Of a stretch of 64,000 nt of DNA, positions 22,017 through 33,351 are shown piece after piece (position 1 is the stretch's first letter; each line of letters opens with the position of its first letter). The stretch is from Candidatus Bathyarchaeota archaeon. Its GTDB lineage: Archaea; Thermoproteota; Bathyarchaeia; Bathyarchaeales; Bathycorpusculaceae. The notes under the pieces were generated by a model. It ran no database searches and was not told where the DNA came from. It saw only the letters and a list, made by a program, of their open reading frames with translations. Both the position numbers and the translations under genes were made by a program. Location of the stretch: positions 1 through 64,000 of the forward strand of contig CAWGZR010000010.1 of NCBI GenBank assembly GCA_963827165.1, written 5' to 3'.

Positions 22017-22958
22017 ATGCGCTGGGTGGTGACGGCAATCGCGGTGCTCGCGGTTGGGGGATGCATTGCTGCGTCCGCCTACATGAACTGGCTTTTCATG
22101 ACCAGCTTGGGCAAGACGGACACCGAACGCCAGGTGTTCGGCATGGTGAGCCTTGCCGTCTCGGGCTTTCTCGCGGTCCTGCCGGTGCTGATTATCTGGG
22201 CGCTACAGGGCAAGCGGTATCTCGCGGGCTTCGTCGGCATTGTGCTTTTCGTGGTCTGCGCCACGGTGTCGGGCTCGTCGGCGGTCGGCTTTGCCGCCTC
22301 GAACCGGAGCGATACGGTCGGCGCAAGGGATACCGTGACCGGCAAATTCGAGTCCGATCAGCAAGAGCTGGCCGATGCGGAAGGCAGGCTCAAGGAGCTG
22401 CCGCAAACAAGGCTAGCCTCTGTGGTGGCGCAGGATATCGAAGCCGCGAAGCAGCATCGCTATTGGCAAGCCTCAACCGAATGTCAGGCTAGCTCGGGCG
22501 TCCTGCAACGCGATTTCTGCGACGGGTATTTCAAGCTGAAGAAAGAGCTGGCTTCGGCGGGTGAGCGCGAGAAGCTGCGCGGCACGATCGACAAACTCAG
22601 GGGCGATATCAACACGCTGCGCGACAAGGGCGCGGGGCGCGAAAGCGACGCGCAGGCCGCCGTCATTGGCCGCTTGCTCGGCATCGGCAAGGGCAGGGCA
22701 CAGGAAGGCCTCGCGCTCCTGCTGGCCTTCGTGGTCGAGCTGATGGCCGGTTTCGGGTTCTACGTGGCAACCTCGCATCTGACGCACAAAAACGACGGGC
22801 AAGACCTCGATCAGCGCGCACGCGGAAACGGTAGCCGGATTATCGACGTGACGCCGGGCGATGTGCGCGTGGCGGGAACGGCGCGCCGCATCGGTGCGAC
22901 GGCGGCGGTGCCGCAAATTGCCGGGCCGCGCCGGATACAGCTCGGCAAGCGCGGATAG
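22017..22958 (+). CDS. membrane protein with coiled coil
   Basis: 3 N-terminal TM helices, coiled coil with a Cys pair, C-terminal TM. Confidence 0.75.
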   Translation: MRWVVTAIAVLAVGGCIAASAYMNWLFMTSLGKTDTERQVFGMVSLAVSGFLAVLPVLIIWALQGKRYLAGFVGIVLFVVCATVSGSSAVGFAASNRSDTVGARDTVTGKFESDQQELADAEGRLKELPQTRLASVVAQDIEAAKQHRYWQASTECQASSGVLQRDFCDGYFKLKKELASAGEREKLRGTIDKLRGDINTLRDKGAGRESDAQAAVIGRLLGIGKGRAQEGLALLLAFVVELMAGFGFYVATSHLTHKNDGQDLDQRARGNGSRIIDVTPGDVRVAGTARRIGATAAVPQIAGPRRIQLGKRG

Positions 22959-23038
22959 CCGAAGGGCTAGCCTGAAGGATAGCCTGTGGAATTGTTGAGT
23001 GTTGAATTGGTGTAAGTGAAGGCCGAAGGACGAAGGCG

Positions 23039-23830
23039 ATGACCTATGTGGTCCCGTTCATGAACGGGAAGGGCGGCACCGGCAAATCGACACTGGCCCG
23101 GTGTTACGCGGTCGAGGCGGCGAAAGGCGGGGCCTCCGTCCTCGTCGCCGATCTCGACGACGAACAAAAGACAACCGCGCTCTGGGCCGCGAACCGCAAG
23201 CGCAACGGCTGGCAGCCGGATATTCGTGTCGAGGTCGCTTCGGCGCGCAAGGCTTACGATCTGATCGGGCAAACCGATGTGCTGGTGCTCGATGCGCCCG
23301 GCTGGGCGGATGCGCAGACGCTGTTCGTCGCGCGCTGGGCAACCTTCACGGTCGTGCCCTCGCGCGCCAATCGCTCGGACGATCTCGCGGCGACGGTCGC
23401 GCTGCTTCACAAATTCTCGGCGGAGAATATCCCGGCCTGGCGCTTCGGCGTCGCGCTGAACGGTTTGCGCGCTGGCACCGCCGATAAGGACGATTCCGAC
23501 GCGCGGGCTTACCTCAAGGAAGCGGGCTATGACGCCTTGCCGGGCTTCATTCGCGATCTGAAGACCTATGAGGTCGCCATGCTGGAAGGCAAGGCGATCA
23601 CCGAAACCGATCGCGCCAATCTGAACGAGGAAGCGTACCGGCTGGCGGAAGGGATCGCGATGAGCGTGCTGGAAGCCGGACGCAGGATCGAGAAGGAGAT
23701 GAGTCGAGGCGGCGCAAGAACCGGAGAGAGGAGCATGAGCAGGGGGGACGCGGGCGATGACCGGCGACAAAGGCGGTGTGTTCGGGCGGCTGGCGCGAAA
23801 GGGGCTACAGGCTCCAATTCCGCGCCTTGA
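23039..23830 (+). CDS. parA: ParA-family ATPase (third copy; 3' end possibly frameshift-extended)
   Basis: NGKGGTGKST, ADLDDEQKT, VLDAPG. Confidence 0.85.
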   Translation: MTYVVPFMNGKGGTGKSTLARCYAVEAAKGGASVLVADLDDEQKTTALWAANRKRNGWQPDIRVEVASARKAYDLIGQTDVLVLDAPGWADAQTLFVARWATFTVVPSRANRSDDLAATVALLHKFSAENIPAWRFGVALNGLRAGTADKDDSDARAYLKEAGYDALPGFIRDLKTYEVAMLEGKAITETDRANLNEEAYRLAEGIAMSVLEAGRRIEKEMSRGGARTGERSMSRGDAGDDRRQRRCVRAAGAKGATGSNSAP

Positions 23831-24044
23831 GGACACGAAGCCAAATTTGCAGGGGTATGGCACCGGCCGGGCCGAAGACGGCCGCACGGCGCGGAAAACG
23901 GGCCGCACGGTGTATTTCAACACGGTCGTAAGCCCGGACTTCAAGACCTGGCTGAAAACGGAATCCGCACAGACGGGCAAGAGCATGGCGGCGCTGCTCG
24001 ATGACATGCGCGCGGCCTACATGGAAAAGCAGGCGAAGAAGTAG
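23757..24044 (+). CDS. RHH-like partition/stability protein
   Basis: RKTGRTVYFNTVVSPDFKTWLK...KSMAALLDDM. Confidence 0.65.
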   Translation: MTGDKGGVFGRLARKGLQAPIPRLEDTKPNLQGYGTGRAEDGRTARKTGRTVYFNTVVSPDFKTWLKTESAQTGKSMAALLDDMRAAYMEKQAKK

Positions 24045-24052
24045 GGGGCGGG

Positions 24053-24304
24053 GATGGCGGCTGTGGCGTCGGAAACGGGAAAGAGCAAGAGCAACCTGCG
24101 GCGGCATTGCCCGCGCCGGTCCTGCCGGCGCATGCCGTCGCGCAGAAACGCGATCAGCAACTCAATCTCAAGGTAAGCGCCGACTGCAAGCGCGTCTTCA
24201 TGGAGATTCAGCGGGTGCAAGGCTTGTCGGCCGCCGCGCTGTTCGAGGACATGGTTGCGGAACGCGCGGAACTGCTGGCGCGCGAAGGGCGGCTGGAGCT
24301 GTAG
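24053..24304 (+). CDS. second RHH-like protein (5' frameshift)
   Basis: RDQQLNLKVSADCKRVF...LSAAALFEDMV. Confidence 0.55.
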   Translation, partial: DGGCGVGNGKEQEQPAAALPAPVLPAHAVAQKRDQQLNLKVSADCKRVFMEIQRVQGLSAAALFEDMVAERAELLAREGRLEL

Positions 24305-24313
24305 GAGGCATTC

Positions 24314-24641
24314 ATGGGCGAAGTGGTATTTTTGGACGGCTTCGGCGAAAGCTGTGCCGGGGCATCGTGTTCTTGAAGGAACGGATTTGGAGATTGCCTA
24401 TAACCGGCAAGGCGATGATCTGATTTTGCGGGTCAATAAGGGGCCGGTGCAGGTCTTCCGGGTCAAGCTTGCCGGGGCGTTTGCGCCGATGCGCGATGAC
24501 GAGCTGGCGGCGTTCAACAGCGTGTCGCCGGATTTCGTGTTCACGATCGGCGATACGCGCGAGCGCATGTGGCAGCTCGCGCAAGGCCTCGGTCTCGATG
24601 ACGCGCAACTGGCCGCGTTGAAGGTGAAGCTTTTAGGCTAA
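24314..24641 (+). CDS. hypothetical protein (5' frameshift)
   Basis: AGGAGG RBS before ATG 24314; protein-like frame LEIAYNRQGDDLILRV. Confidence 0.5.
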
Positions 24642-24801
24642 GGCGGAAAGCCGATGAATAAATACAACAAGTGCGGCACATGCATTCACAACGAAAACAA
24701 CTGCTGCGCTCTGCGAGGCCTCCCGCTACAAGGGCTCTCCCGTCAAATCGTGGAACACATGCAGCCAGCAAAAAAACCAGCCCCTGAGCCAAGCCGAGCT
24801 T

Positions 24802-24993
24802 GTGAAGCGGCTGGACACTTGCGCCGCTGGCCTTCGTTGGCAGGCTGCGCGCGCGCCTGGTGAGTACAAGGATTATTTCGCCGATCGCGCGCTCCAGTGC
24901 GAGAAGTGGCTTGACGACGTGCAACGCGGCTGGCCCATCGATGCCGAGTATGTGGAAGGCGGCCTTCGCGAGTTCGAGGCGATCGCGCTCTGA
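24802..24993 (+). CDS. hypothetical protein
   Basis: ORF ending just before the terminator hairpin. Confidence 0.4.
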   Translation: MKRLDTCAAGLRWQAARAPGEYKDYFADRALQCEKWLDDVQRGWPIDAEYVEGGLREFEAIAL

Positions 24994-25007
24994 GACAGAA
25001 GGCTAAA

Positions 25008-25031
25008 GGCGGGAAGCCGAAGCTTCCCGCC
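25008..25031. terminator. hairpin between convergent genes
   Basis: GGCGGGAAGC-CGAA-GCTTCCCGCC, perfect 10-bp stem. Confidence 0.7.
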
Positions 25032-25039
25032 CTGCCTGG

Positions 25040-25402
25040 TCAATACTCGCTGGGCAACAGGATCGTGTTGTCGGTGAAGTAAAAGCTGATCTCGTCCAGC
25101 GGGAAATCGGTGAACTCAATCTTTTTCGAGAAGACTTTCTGCCCGTTGCCGTCCTCGCATGTGAGCCTGGCGGTGTGGTCGTCTTTCACGGTGAGCTTCC
25201 AGAGCTGGAATTCTTCGGCCGCGACTTTCTTCTTGTAACGCTGGGCAAGGGCGATTTCGTCGAGGAGCCAATAAGCGCCTCCGGCGTCGGCGACGTGTTT
25301 TGCTCCGTCAGTGAAAAGCACGGCGCGGTTAAGCGCGTGGCGATACCAAGTTTCGGAACCGGAGAACTGGCGCAAGTCGGCCTTCGTGAGAGTCTTCGTC
25401 AT
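25040..25402 (-). CDS. DUF6876-like plasmid protein
   Basis: LRQFSGSETWYRH..FTDGAKHVAD..AYWLLD..IEFTDFPL..ILLPSEY. Confidence 0.7.
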   Translation of the reverse strand: MTKTLTKADLRQFSGSETWYRHALNRAVLFTDGAKHVADAGGAYWLLDEIALAQRYKKKVAAEEFQLWKLTVKDDHTARLTCEDGNGQKVFSKKIEFTDFPLDEISFYFTDNTILLPSEY

Positions 25403-25959
25403 AGCTGTTTTCCCTTCATCGTGATGGGCTGCCGGAATGGCGGCCTCGATGCCGGGTCGTCCGCCCTTGCGGAAAAGCGGGCGGGTCAACAGGGCTTTAG
25501 CCCTTGCCGTAATGGGTCTCTAATTGCGGATGAGACGAAGAGCTGATTTTTTGAATAAAACTGCTGTCCGAAGACGTTGTTGTGTAAAGTTATGTAAGCT
25601 AAAGGGCGCAAAAATAGAGCTGGCCGTATCGGGAATTACGACCAAGGTTGATGTTTAAAAGTCAAATTCGACCGATGACTATCTTTAAAAGATCTCTGAG
25701 AGGGAGCCTGGGTCTCTTCGCGGTGTGATAGGCACGATTCGGGCGCACCATGTGTGCCGGCGCGCATTATAGGGTTCGTAAAGAACCGAGTGGTGCCGCC
25801 ATGAGAGGCCGCGATCGTTTGTACTGTGTTAGCGTACAATGATACGTCACTCCATTACACGCGGTCACCGACCCTTCCGTCCCCTCGCGGAGATACTTCC
25901 CAGCATCAGCCGAGAAGGTTTTTTAAGCGTAGAAATTTTTTAAGCAGATGCGGCTGGTG

Positions 25960-27038
25960 TTTCCTCCCATCTTGTTGGTGAAACGAAAATGAAGGCCGTT
26001 AATCCACATGCGGGGCATGATGAGCGGCCAGCTTTGCGAGCTACGGTAATTTGAGCTATTCTGAGAGCCACGCAGTTATTGCGATCCCGACGGCCCAGGC
26101 CTTAAGATCATGGACCATTTATAGCTGGACGCAGACAACGTGGTTGCCGCCTGAACCAAGTGGGTGCGGGTCATCGTATTACCGAGGCGCGAAATGCCTT
26201 TCCGGTGATCTATTTCACGCGACTGGTATTGCTTAGGCGTTAGTCCAAAATAGGCATCAATGTCATCGTTCCTGGAAAACCGTATGAGGCTTATCGAATG
26301 CCGTTACGAAGGAAAGTGCAACGATTGGCCCAACGCCAGGTACCGTCATCAATCGTCGGCAAACGGGATTGTTCTTGGCAACAGATATCGACTTGTCTTG
26401 TTAGCCTATCCAGCTGTTTGCAAAAGCGACTCCGTCTTCGGTGTGAAGGGATAATTCCATCGCGCAGATCAAGACCAAGGTTGGCAGCTTTGTAGAGAAC
26501 ATTCTCCGCAACATGGTCCCGAAATGTTTTCTCGCTGATATTTCTGCGCGGGCTAACGATCCCGAAAGGTTTAAGACTGCCGGTTATGCTGTTTTCCAGG
26601 CAAACCTTGTGCTTAACCAGATTGTGGCGAAGTGTGAGAAGCATCCTGTCGGCTTGGCTGAACACGGCGACGCTTCTTGACGGGCGGTATAAAATCTGGC
26701 ACCCATGCGAACAAGCTGAGCTTAACCTCGGGCATAGTTTTTGTCCACCTTGTTACGATGGGTTTGGCGAAATCGATGTGCCTGGAAGGCTTCAAGACGG
26801 AGGGCAGTAATCCCAAGTTTTTTCGATTTGTTTATGCAACCATCCACTGATGGCCCCCGGCTTCGGGACCGCTACTGATAATGGAATTTCACTCGAATGG
26901 TCTTGGGAAGCAATCAGCTGTGAAGTATCGCTCGCATTGCGTCAAAGCTTATCCTTCGGAGACAATACGTTCTTTAGCATCCACGACACAAATCGCCTTC
27001 TGTCGTTGTGATATATGCGGTCATATGTAGTATTCCAT
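25960..27038 (-). pseudogene. decayed IS110-family transposase; ends approximate
   Basis: Fragments across frames: N-terminal AICVVD, LENSITGSLKPFG, LMTVPGVGPIVAL, YFGLTP..QS; many stops. Confidence 0.7.
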
Positions 27039-27347
27039 GGTGCGAACCCTCTGTTTGGTGGTAGAAGAGGCACACTTGACTCTTCAGAGAAACCGTGCCT
27101 CATCCGCAACTACACTATGGGGGCAGCCCGTAGGGGGGGAAACCGTTCGGTGTTGATGCGCTCGCGCGCAAGGGCAGAACCGGCGGTATGAGAGGGCGTT
27201 GTTGCGGCGGGTGATGGAAAGGGAAACGGCGGCGGAAACGAAGGCCGTGGTTGCACGCAAAGTGGTTAAGCGGAAAGCTGAAGCTTCCCACCTAGTCGGA
27301 ATTTAATATTCGCTTGGCAACAGGATCGCGTTGTTGGTGGCAGTTCG

Positions 27348-30300
27348 TCATGCTTCCTCGGTGCCGTCGCCTGTCAGTTTCGGGTAGTGCCGACGATACC
27401 ATGTCGAAAGCTCGTCGCGTTCGCCCTGGGTGAGGCAGTAGATTTTCGCTATGAGGTCGTCGAGTTCCGCTAGTTTCGGGCGATAGTCGAATGCTGCTAC
27501 CTTCTTCTGCTCGGCCACAATGTCATTCACGATCGCAGCAATGGCCTTGGCCTCCGCGTCGTCAGGCAGGACGATAGGCAAGTCGTCGAGCTGGGCATGA
27601 ACGCCATGATTTATAAACGATTTGACGAAATACCGTAGGAGTGTCGAGCTAAGATTCCCAAAAGGAAGTCCGTTCCATCACGTCGCAGAATATATTTGAT
27701 CCGGTTTGATCAAACACGCCGCCATGACCAAGTCGGTATGTCGGGCTATAAATGCCTGTATTCGAAAAGCTGATGCCACGGCGAAAATAGTATTGTGGGT
27801 TTCTAAACACCGCACTCTTGTGGGCCTTCATCTCCGAAACGGCTTGCTTGGACCAGTCGATATAAAATTCTACCGGTCGCCAGAATACCGGTAAAAAGCC
27901 TCCCTCGATGTCCGATTGCGCCGGCTTTATCCGAGCGGGACGAAATACGGATCATTGCTCGGGTCGTCAATTTCGAATCCGTCGGCACGCTCGGTTTCAG
28001 TCATCGCGGAAAGGCTTTTCTCCGAGACGATCTGAGCCGCCGGAACCTCTTTATAGCCTCCTTTTGTGGCTCCTCCCTTGACCCCGGCAGCGGCACGATA
28101 AAAGCGACCATTGTCGCCGGACTGCAATCCAACCTTCACTTCCGCAATATCTTTGAGCTTCACCACCTTGCGCCCGCGAGCTTTCAAAACTCTCACTTCG
28201 ACCTTCGACCCGTCGGTCCGCATAAGTTCTGCTGTCTCGGCTGTCGGTGCTACGTCGGCCATAAATTCATAGAGCGACGCGAGGCCCTCGAATATCGGTC
28301 GCTAATACCGGTCCAGCGCCCCCTGGCGAACCGTGTAGCGCTTCGCAAGCACGTCTTCGAAGGGCCATTTCTTTTTCGCCGATAGGTCATCGAGGATGGC
28401 TGCATAAGCTGCCTTAAGTTCGGCTTGATGGTCGTAGGGTGCAGACGCCACAAATCATAAAACTGATATACGTTCGCTGCTCGTTCTGCCGCATCCTCGC
28501 ATCGCTCCAGCTCGACAATAGCCGGAAAGATGTCGATCCCCGGGAAGGTGGCGCGATGCAGCTTGACGATCCGACGACTTTACAGTTCGACAGAATTTCG
28601 TCCCGTAGCAACTTGTGAGTGCCGATTGTCAGGAATGATGAGCTGACGATATAGGTCAGGCGCTTTCCCTCTGGAAGGCGCTTAATCGCATTGACGATGA
28701 AATAGCCATAGGAATCGCGGCTGTTCAGAGCATAAACATCGTCATAGTGAGCGCCCTTCACGACTTTGACGCCATAGGGCGGATTACCAATCATGAGGGC
28801 GGGCGCGGCCGCACGTTCGCAGCTCGCACGGCGACTATTGGCTATCGTAGGTCGGCCTGGTCTTCTCGATGTCGAAATACAGCTTCGGATCGATAGTAAT
28901 GGGCTCGGAGCGAATTTTGGGTATCAATCGATCTGTCTGCGAGCCAGCGGTGACGGTCTGGCCGCCGCCTTCGCCGGGGCGAACGTTGTCCTTCAATTGC
29001 TCAAGGAAGGTCGAAAGTAGTGTGAGCTGCACGGCGAATGGATCGATGTCACGACCGAAGATATGTTCAAGTGCTTCGATGTGCGCGCTCTGTACATCGA
29101 ACACGATCCCGGATTTCTCGCTCTGGGCTTTTGCTTCTGCGACATAGCGGCGGTAATCTCCCTGTAGAAATGCCCTGACCCACAAGCTGGCTCTACAACC
29201 TTGTGGCCACGAAACTGCCCGAGAGATTCCGTTGTGCAAGATCGACCATGAAAGCGCATTGTCTCATCAGGTGTATAAACCGCGCCCAAGGTGGCACGCA
29301 GCTCGTCGTCGATAAGCTTTTCGTAGAGGTTGCCGATGACATTGGTTCGCTCTGTGGCCGAGCCGTAGATGATCGCGGTTCGTATGTCGATTTGGATCAG
29401 TTCTTGGCGTATGGCCTGAAATGTCGTGTCGGACGGCAGAAAGCGGTCGTAGTGTCGGGCGCTGAAGAGCTGGCCGTAGCGCTCCATGTGGACGTTGAAG
29501 CCGTAACGAAAAATGTCCTGCCATGAGACGCGGGCGAGGTCTTGCGCGAGGCGCTTGTAATAGCTGCGTGACGCACGAAAAGGCGCATAGCCTCGGTGCG
29601 GTCGCTTTTTTCCAAGGCGTTCAGCACCTTAAAGCCGAATAGGCCGCCGATTTGATCGTAGTCTCGGTTTGGGAACAAGCTATGAATAATGCGCGGCGTC
29701 TCCGGTCCCCGCGCAAGGTCTTCAATCAGCTTTATAAATAGGATTTTGATCGTGAAATGAAGGGCCACGGCTTGAATGGCAAGACGGATCGCGTTGTCAC
29801 CTGTCGCCGTAACGCCGATGAAGTTCTTGCGGTCCTCGATTATCTGTCGAAGGTCAGTTCCTGGCGCGTGGCGATAAAGATCGAATTTGCCGGTCGCAGG
29901 GTCGATGAAGAGAGCTGCGATGTCATTGTAGGTGTGCTGCTTGAAGCCGCAATAAGCCAGCAATTGAGCCTGGGTCAGAAGCTGTTTGACCTCGCCTGGA
30001 CTTTCAAGAATGATTTTGCCCGATCTATAGCAGGGATAGGGCATAGATGGGCTTACGGTCTGACGGATTGATCGTCGCTGTTAGATGATAAAACTGATGC
30101 TCGCGGCCATTCGACACGACCAGAAAAGGGACCGGCTTGTCGAAAAATTCTGAGGTCGCATAGGAGCGCGCCTGCTGAAAATCGCCGTCGTCAAGATCGT
30201 GGGCATGGCGCTTCGCCTCAAGCACGACGTACGGATAGCCGCCTGAAAGATAAAGTCCATCGTAGCGCCCCGTCTTCCCGGGCTCCGTCGCCAATGTGTG

Positions 30301-30506
30301 TTGCGCTTGATAATCGAGGCTGTCGGGGGTCGGGAACCGTGGGTCGCCGCCAAGTATGGGAGTATCAGCTTATCGGCCGTGTCCTGCTCGGAATAACTAT
30401 CGAAAGCTGATTTCATCAGTACAACTTTACTAGAAGAAGATTTTGTTTTCGTCTCTGCTGCGTTTTTGGTCGGTGTAACTTTCGAGGCTGGCACCACTTT
30501 CTTCAT
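27348..30506 (-). CDS. Type IIG (Eco57I-like) fused restriction-modification enzyme, heavily frameshifted
   Basis: RYDGL..VVLEAK..QARSYA nuclease; GAVYTP, EPACGSGHF, GRDIDP, IGNPPY; C-terminal TRD-like part. Confidence 0.8.
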
Positions 30507-30853
30507 TCCGCACGGTCTTCTTGTCCATAATTATTTTCTCTTCTGCAATGCTTTTCGTACATGAATACCGTGCACGCTCATGCATCGTCTGCTTTTAACA
30601 AGCGGTAAAGCACGCTTTCGGGGGCTTTGACATGCTTGTCTCGATCCGGCCATTGCAAAATCGGCACAAAATATTCCCCCTAGCGGTGTTGCTAGCAGGG
30701 CGGCGCTGGACAAGCAATGTGGGTTGTGGGGGGGGTGTGGATGGGCGGCGACGCGAATTAAGGAAGCCTGGCGCTGTGTCTCAGCCAGGAGATGTTCGTG
30801 CCGGGGCGGGGCGGATGCTGGTTGTTTCCTGCGTCTTGCCGATTGCAAGAAGG

Positions 30854-31296
30854 TCACTCGCTTCGTGAAACAGCGCTCACTTTGCGCTCGCGGACTTTAG
30901 CGATGAAGCTGTCCCTAATTTGCTGGAATAGGCCGTCTGGCAAAAGGCCAAAGGCTACACTGTCCAGGTCGTCTTGGCGCGCCGGGCGTAGGTCTGGTCC
31001 CGGCCAGATGAAACGGTTGGCTTCTGTTAGAACGACCCAGGACCGTTCGTCATCAAGACCAAGGCGGCGTTTTGTTGGGGGCCGGTATCTCGATCGCGTC
31101 GGCGGCTTTGGTGAGGTGGCGTGTGAGTGATCGGAAGAACTGTCACCGTCCGGTCATCGTTGTCTTCATCGGTGACGACCAAGATGATGGCGCAAGGACG
31201 ATCCTTCACGCCTTCTTCCTGGCCTTTTAGATGCTCTTCACGCCAGAGATAGCTGTAACGGACGACAAGTCCGGGTGTCGGTTTAGGAAGGGGCAC
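30854..31296 (-). CDS. PemK/MazF-like toxin (frameshifted)
   Basis: VVRYSYLW..EEGVKDRPCAII..VLPITHTPP; downstream of the antitoxin. Confidence 0.65.
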
Positions 31297-31297
31297 G

Positions 31298-31559
31298 CTA
31301 TCTCGGTTGCAGTTCGTGGTTGAAAGCCTTCGCGGCTTGCGGTGCGCGCGCGGCTTCAAGTTCCGCTATATCGGCCTCTGTGAAATCTTCCAAGCCGAGA
31401 ACTTGGCGCTCGCAGCGATTTACGGCGGCGATATTCATCGGCCGAAATCATGACTGTGGATTCTCGGCCATTGCGGGTAACGGCAACCGGCTGGCTCAAC
31501 GCTAGGTCCTGATAGCGCCCGATGTTGCGTTGAAACTCGGCCGCAGAAACCTTTTTCAT
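31298..31559 (-). CDS. Phd/YefM antitoxin (frameshifted)
   Basis: VSAAEFQRNIGRY..PVAVTRNGR..VMISADEY. Confidence 0.85.
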
Positions 31560-31849
31560 TGGCTGCATCACCTTCACTCCTTATGTACTTCATGCATCTT
31601 ACATGAAATGCATAACTTTGTCCAGTTTTATAGATCGCCAAGGCTGGCGTAAAAATCATAATTAAATAGCCATTAGCCAAAGGCGAGCATTCACAATGGG
31701 TTCTGGTGGCTAAGGAAACCGACGGAATGCACATGTGCCTCCAGGGCATGTTCCGCCTGATTCCGGTAGCGATACGGTGAAAGTCACAATCGAAAATCGT
31801 GGCGCTATATGGAGCCTGAACGAATGTCGATACGGTTCCTGCTCAGAGA

Positions 31850-32299
31850 TTATGAAGTTCCGCTTCTGTTTTCACTTATTATTCCATTTTTCTTTAACAG
31901 TTCAGCGGTTATCCCATCACCACTGGGTTGAATCTTCCCTGTAAATGTTCCGTCATAGACGAAACCGCAACCACAAGATGGGCTGTGTGATTTCAATATC
32001 GCCTTCTGAATACCTAAAACCTTGCATAGCGCCAAAGTATGTTTAGCGCCTAAACCAAACTCTTCACTCAAGTTTTTGCCGCTTTCACTAATAACTTGTC
32101 TTGTTCCATTCGAGGCGACACATATCTGACAGCTTTCCCTCGGAGTTGGTAGTCCAGCCAATTGTTCTGGACATGCCGGAAAAGCCTTTCCAGCATTGAC
32201 AAGTTCTCTAATCTTTTCGTGAAAACAATTGCTAGCGTTATATCTGCAATTAAAGCCAGCAAGGCAGGCGCTGACCAGATACATCCTTATTGCCTCCAC
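31850..32299 (-). CDS. tudS: DUF523 / 2-thiouracil desulfidase-like protein
   Basis: VSACLAGFNCRY, CPEQLAGLPTPRE, LKSHSPSCG. Confidence 0.85.
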   Translation of the reverse strand: MEAIRMYLVSACLAGFNCRYNASNCFHEKIRELVNAGKAFPACPEQLAGLPTPRESCQICVASNGTRQVISESGKNLSEEFGLGAKHTLALCKVLGIQKAILKSHSPSCGCGFVYDGTFTGKIQPSGDGITAELLKKNGIISENRSGTS

Positions 32300-32360
32300 T
32301 CGTTCAATTCGTCAATTGGCTGTGAGTGACTCCAAGTCCAAAGTTCGCACTACATATGGC

Positions 32361-33112
32361 CTAACGATCATTCTTGAACTGCGTTGTAAGCACTCTATTT
32401 GACACAGGCCGCGATGCTAAATTGGCACTCATCGCAATATAAGTATCAATATGCTCTCGTTTTCTATTAACATAATCTGCAACGTGTTCTTCTTTGACTT
32501 GCAATGGACGTTCTTCAAACAGACAAGAGCTGTCCAGGCTCCTTATGGGAACTCCAAGAGTTGACGCTGAACTTACTTCTCCTTGTCGTTCAAAGAGTAC
32601 AGTGGGCTGTAGTGCTCAATCCCGTAATCAGTGCACACTGAGTCCACAAAATCAATGTATGCCTTGGTTTGCTCTGGGTAAAACTCCTGCGCTTTTACAA
32701 ATCCATCCAGCAAAACATTAATCCCGTTCTCCTTCGAATATGCAATGGCAGCAGCAAGCATGCTCAACTTGCAACCAATGCAAGTATAGTCTGCTCCGTA
32801 TTTCACGACATCTTCGGTTGTCCTTCTTATAGCGATTTCCTGAAAGAGCGTGTATGCGGACAATGTCGCGTGCGCCTTAATTTTTCCAGGGGCTTCCAAT
32901 CCATTCAAATAATCTGTAGCCGTCTTCGTAATATCTGTATGAACATTTGCCCCATTATCAACAGTGATCAACGTGAGATCATGCCCTTTTTTCAAAAGTA
33001 GCGCTGCCAAAGTTTGAGAATCCAAACCACCAGAATAGAATAAACCTAAATTTTTTCCGTCAAGCTTTGGGAAATCACGCAGGCATGCGTTTATTTCTTC
33101 CATTTTGTGCAT
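32361..33112 (-). CDS. PP-loop ATPase, QueC-like superfamily (frameshift near 32575)
   Basis: LFYSGGLDS, CIGC, YPEQ, second frame SLDSSCLF ending at TAG 32361. Confidence 0.7.
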
Positions 33113-33351
33113 ATCAGAAATCCTTATTGGCCAACAATAATAGTTATTAAAGCTTCAACTTAATAAACTCTCTAGTTATAAACTTTGTCAAGTTTTTCTT
33201 ATGGTAAATGGCTACTTCAACAACGTTCTATGTAAATTAACCGACTTGATGATCTAAATTGGTATCTTGTCTATTAATTTAGACAGGATGGTTGTATATT
33301 TGCAGGCATGTTTATAATTGTTCGACACATTAATTTATAATTGGAATACAC

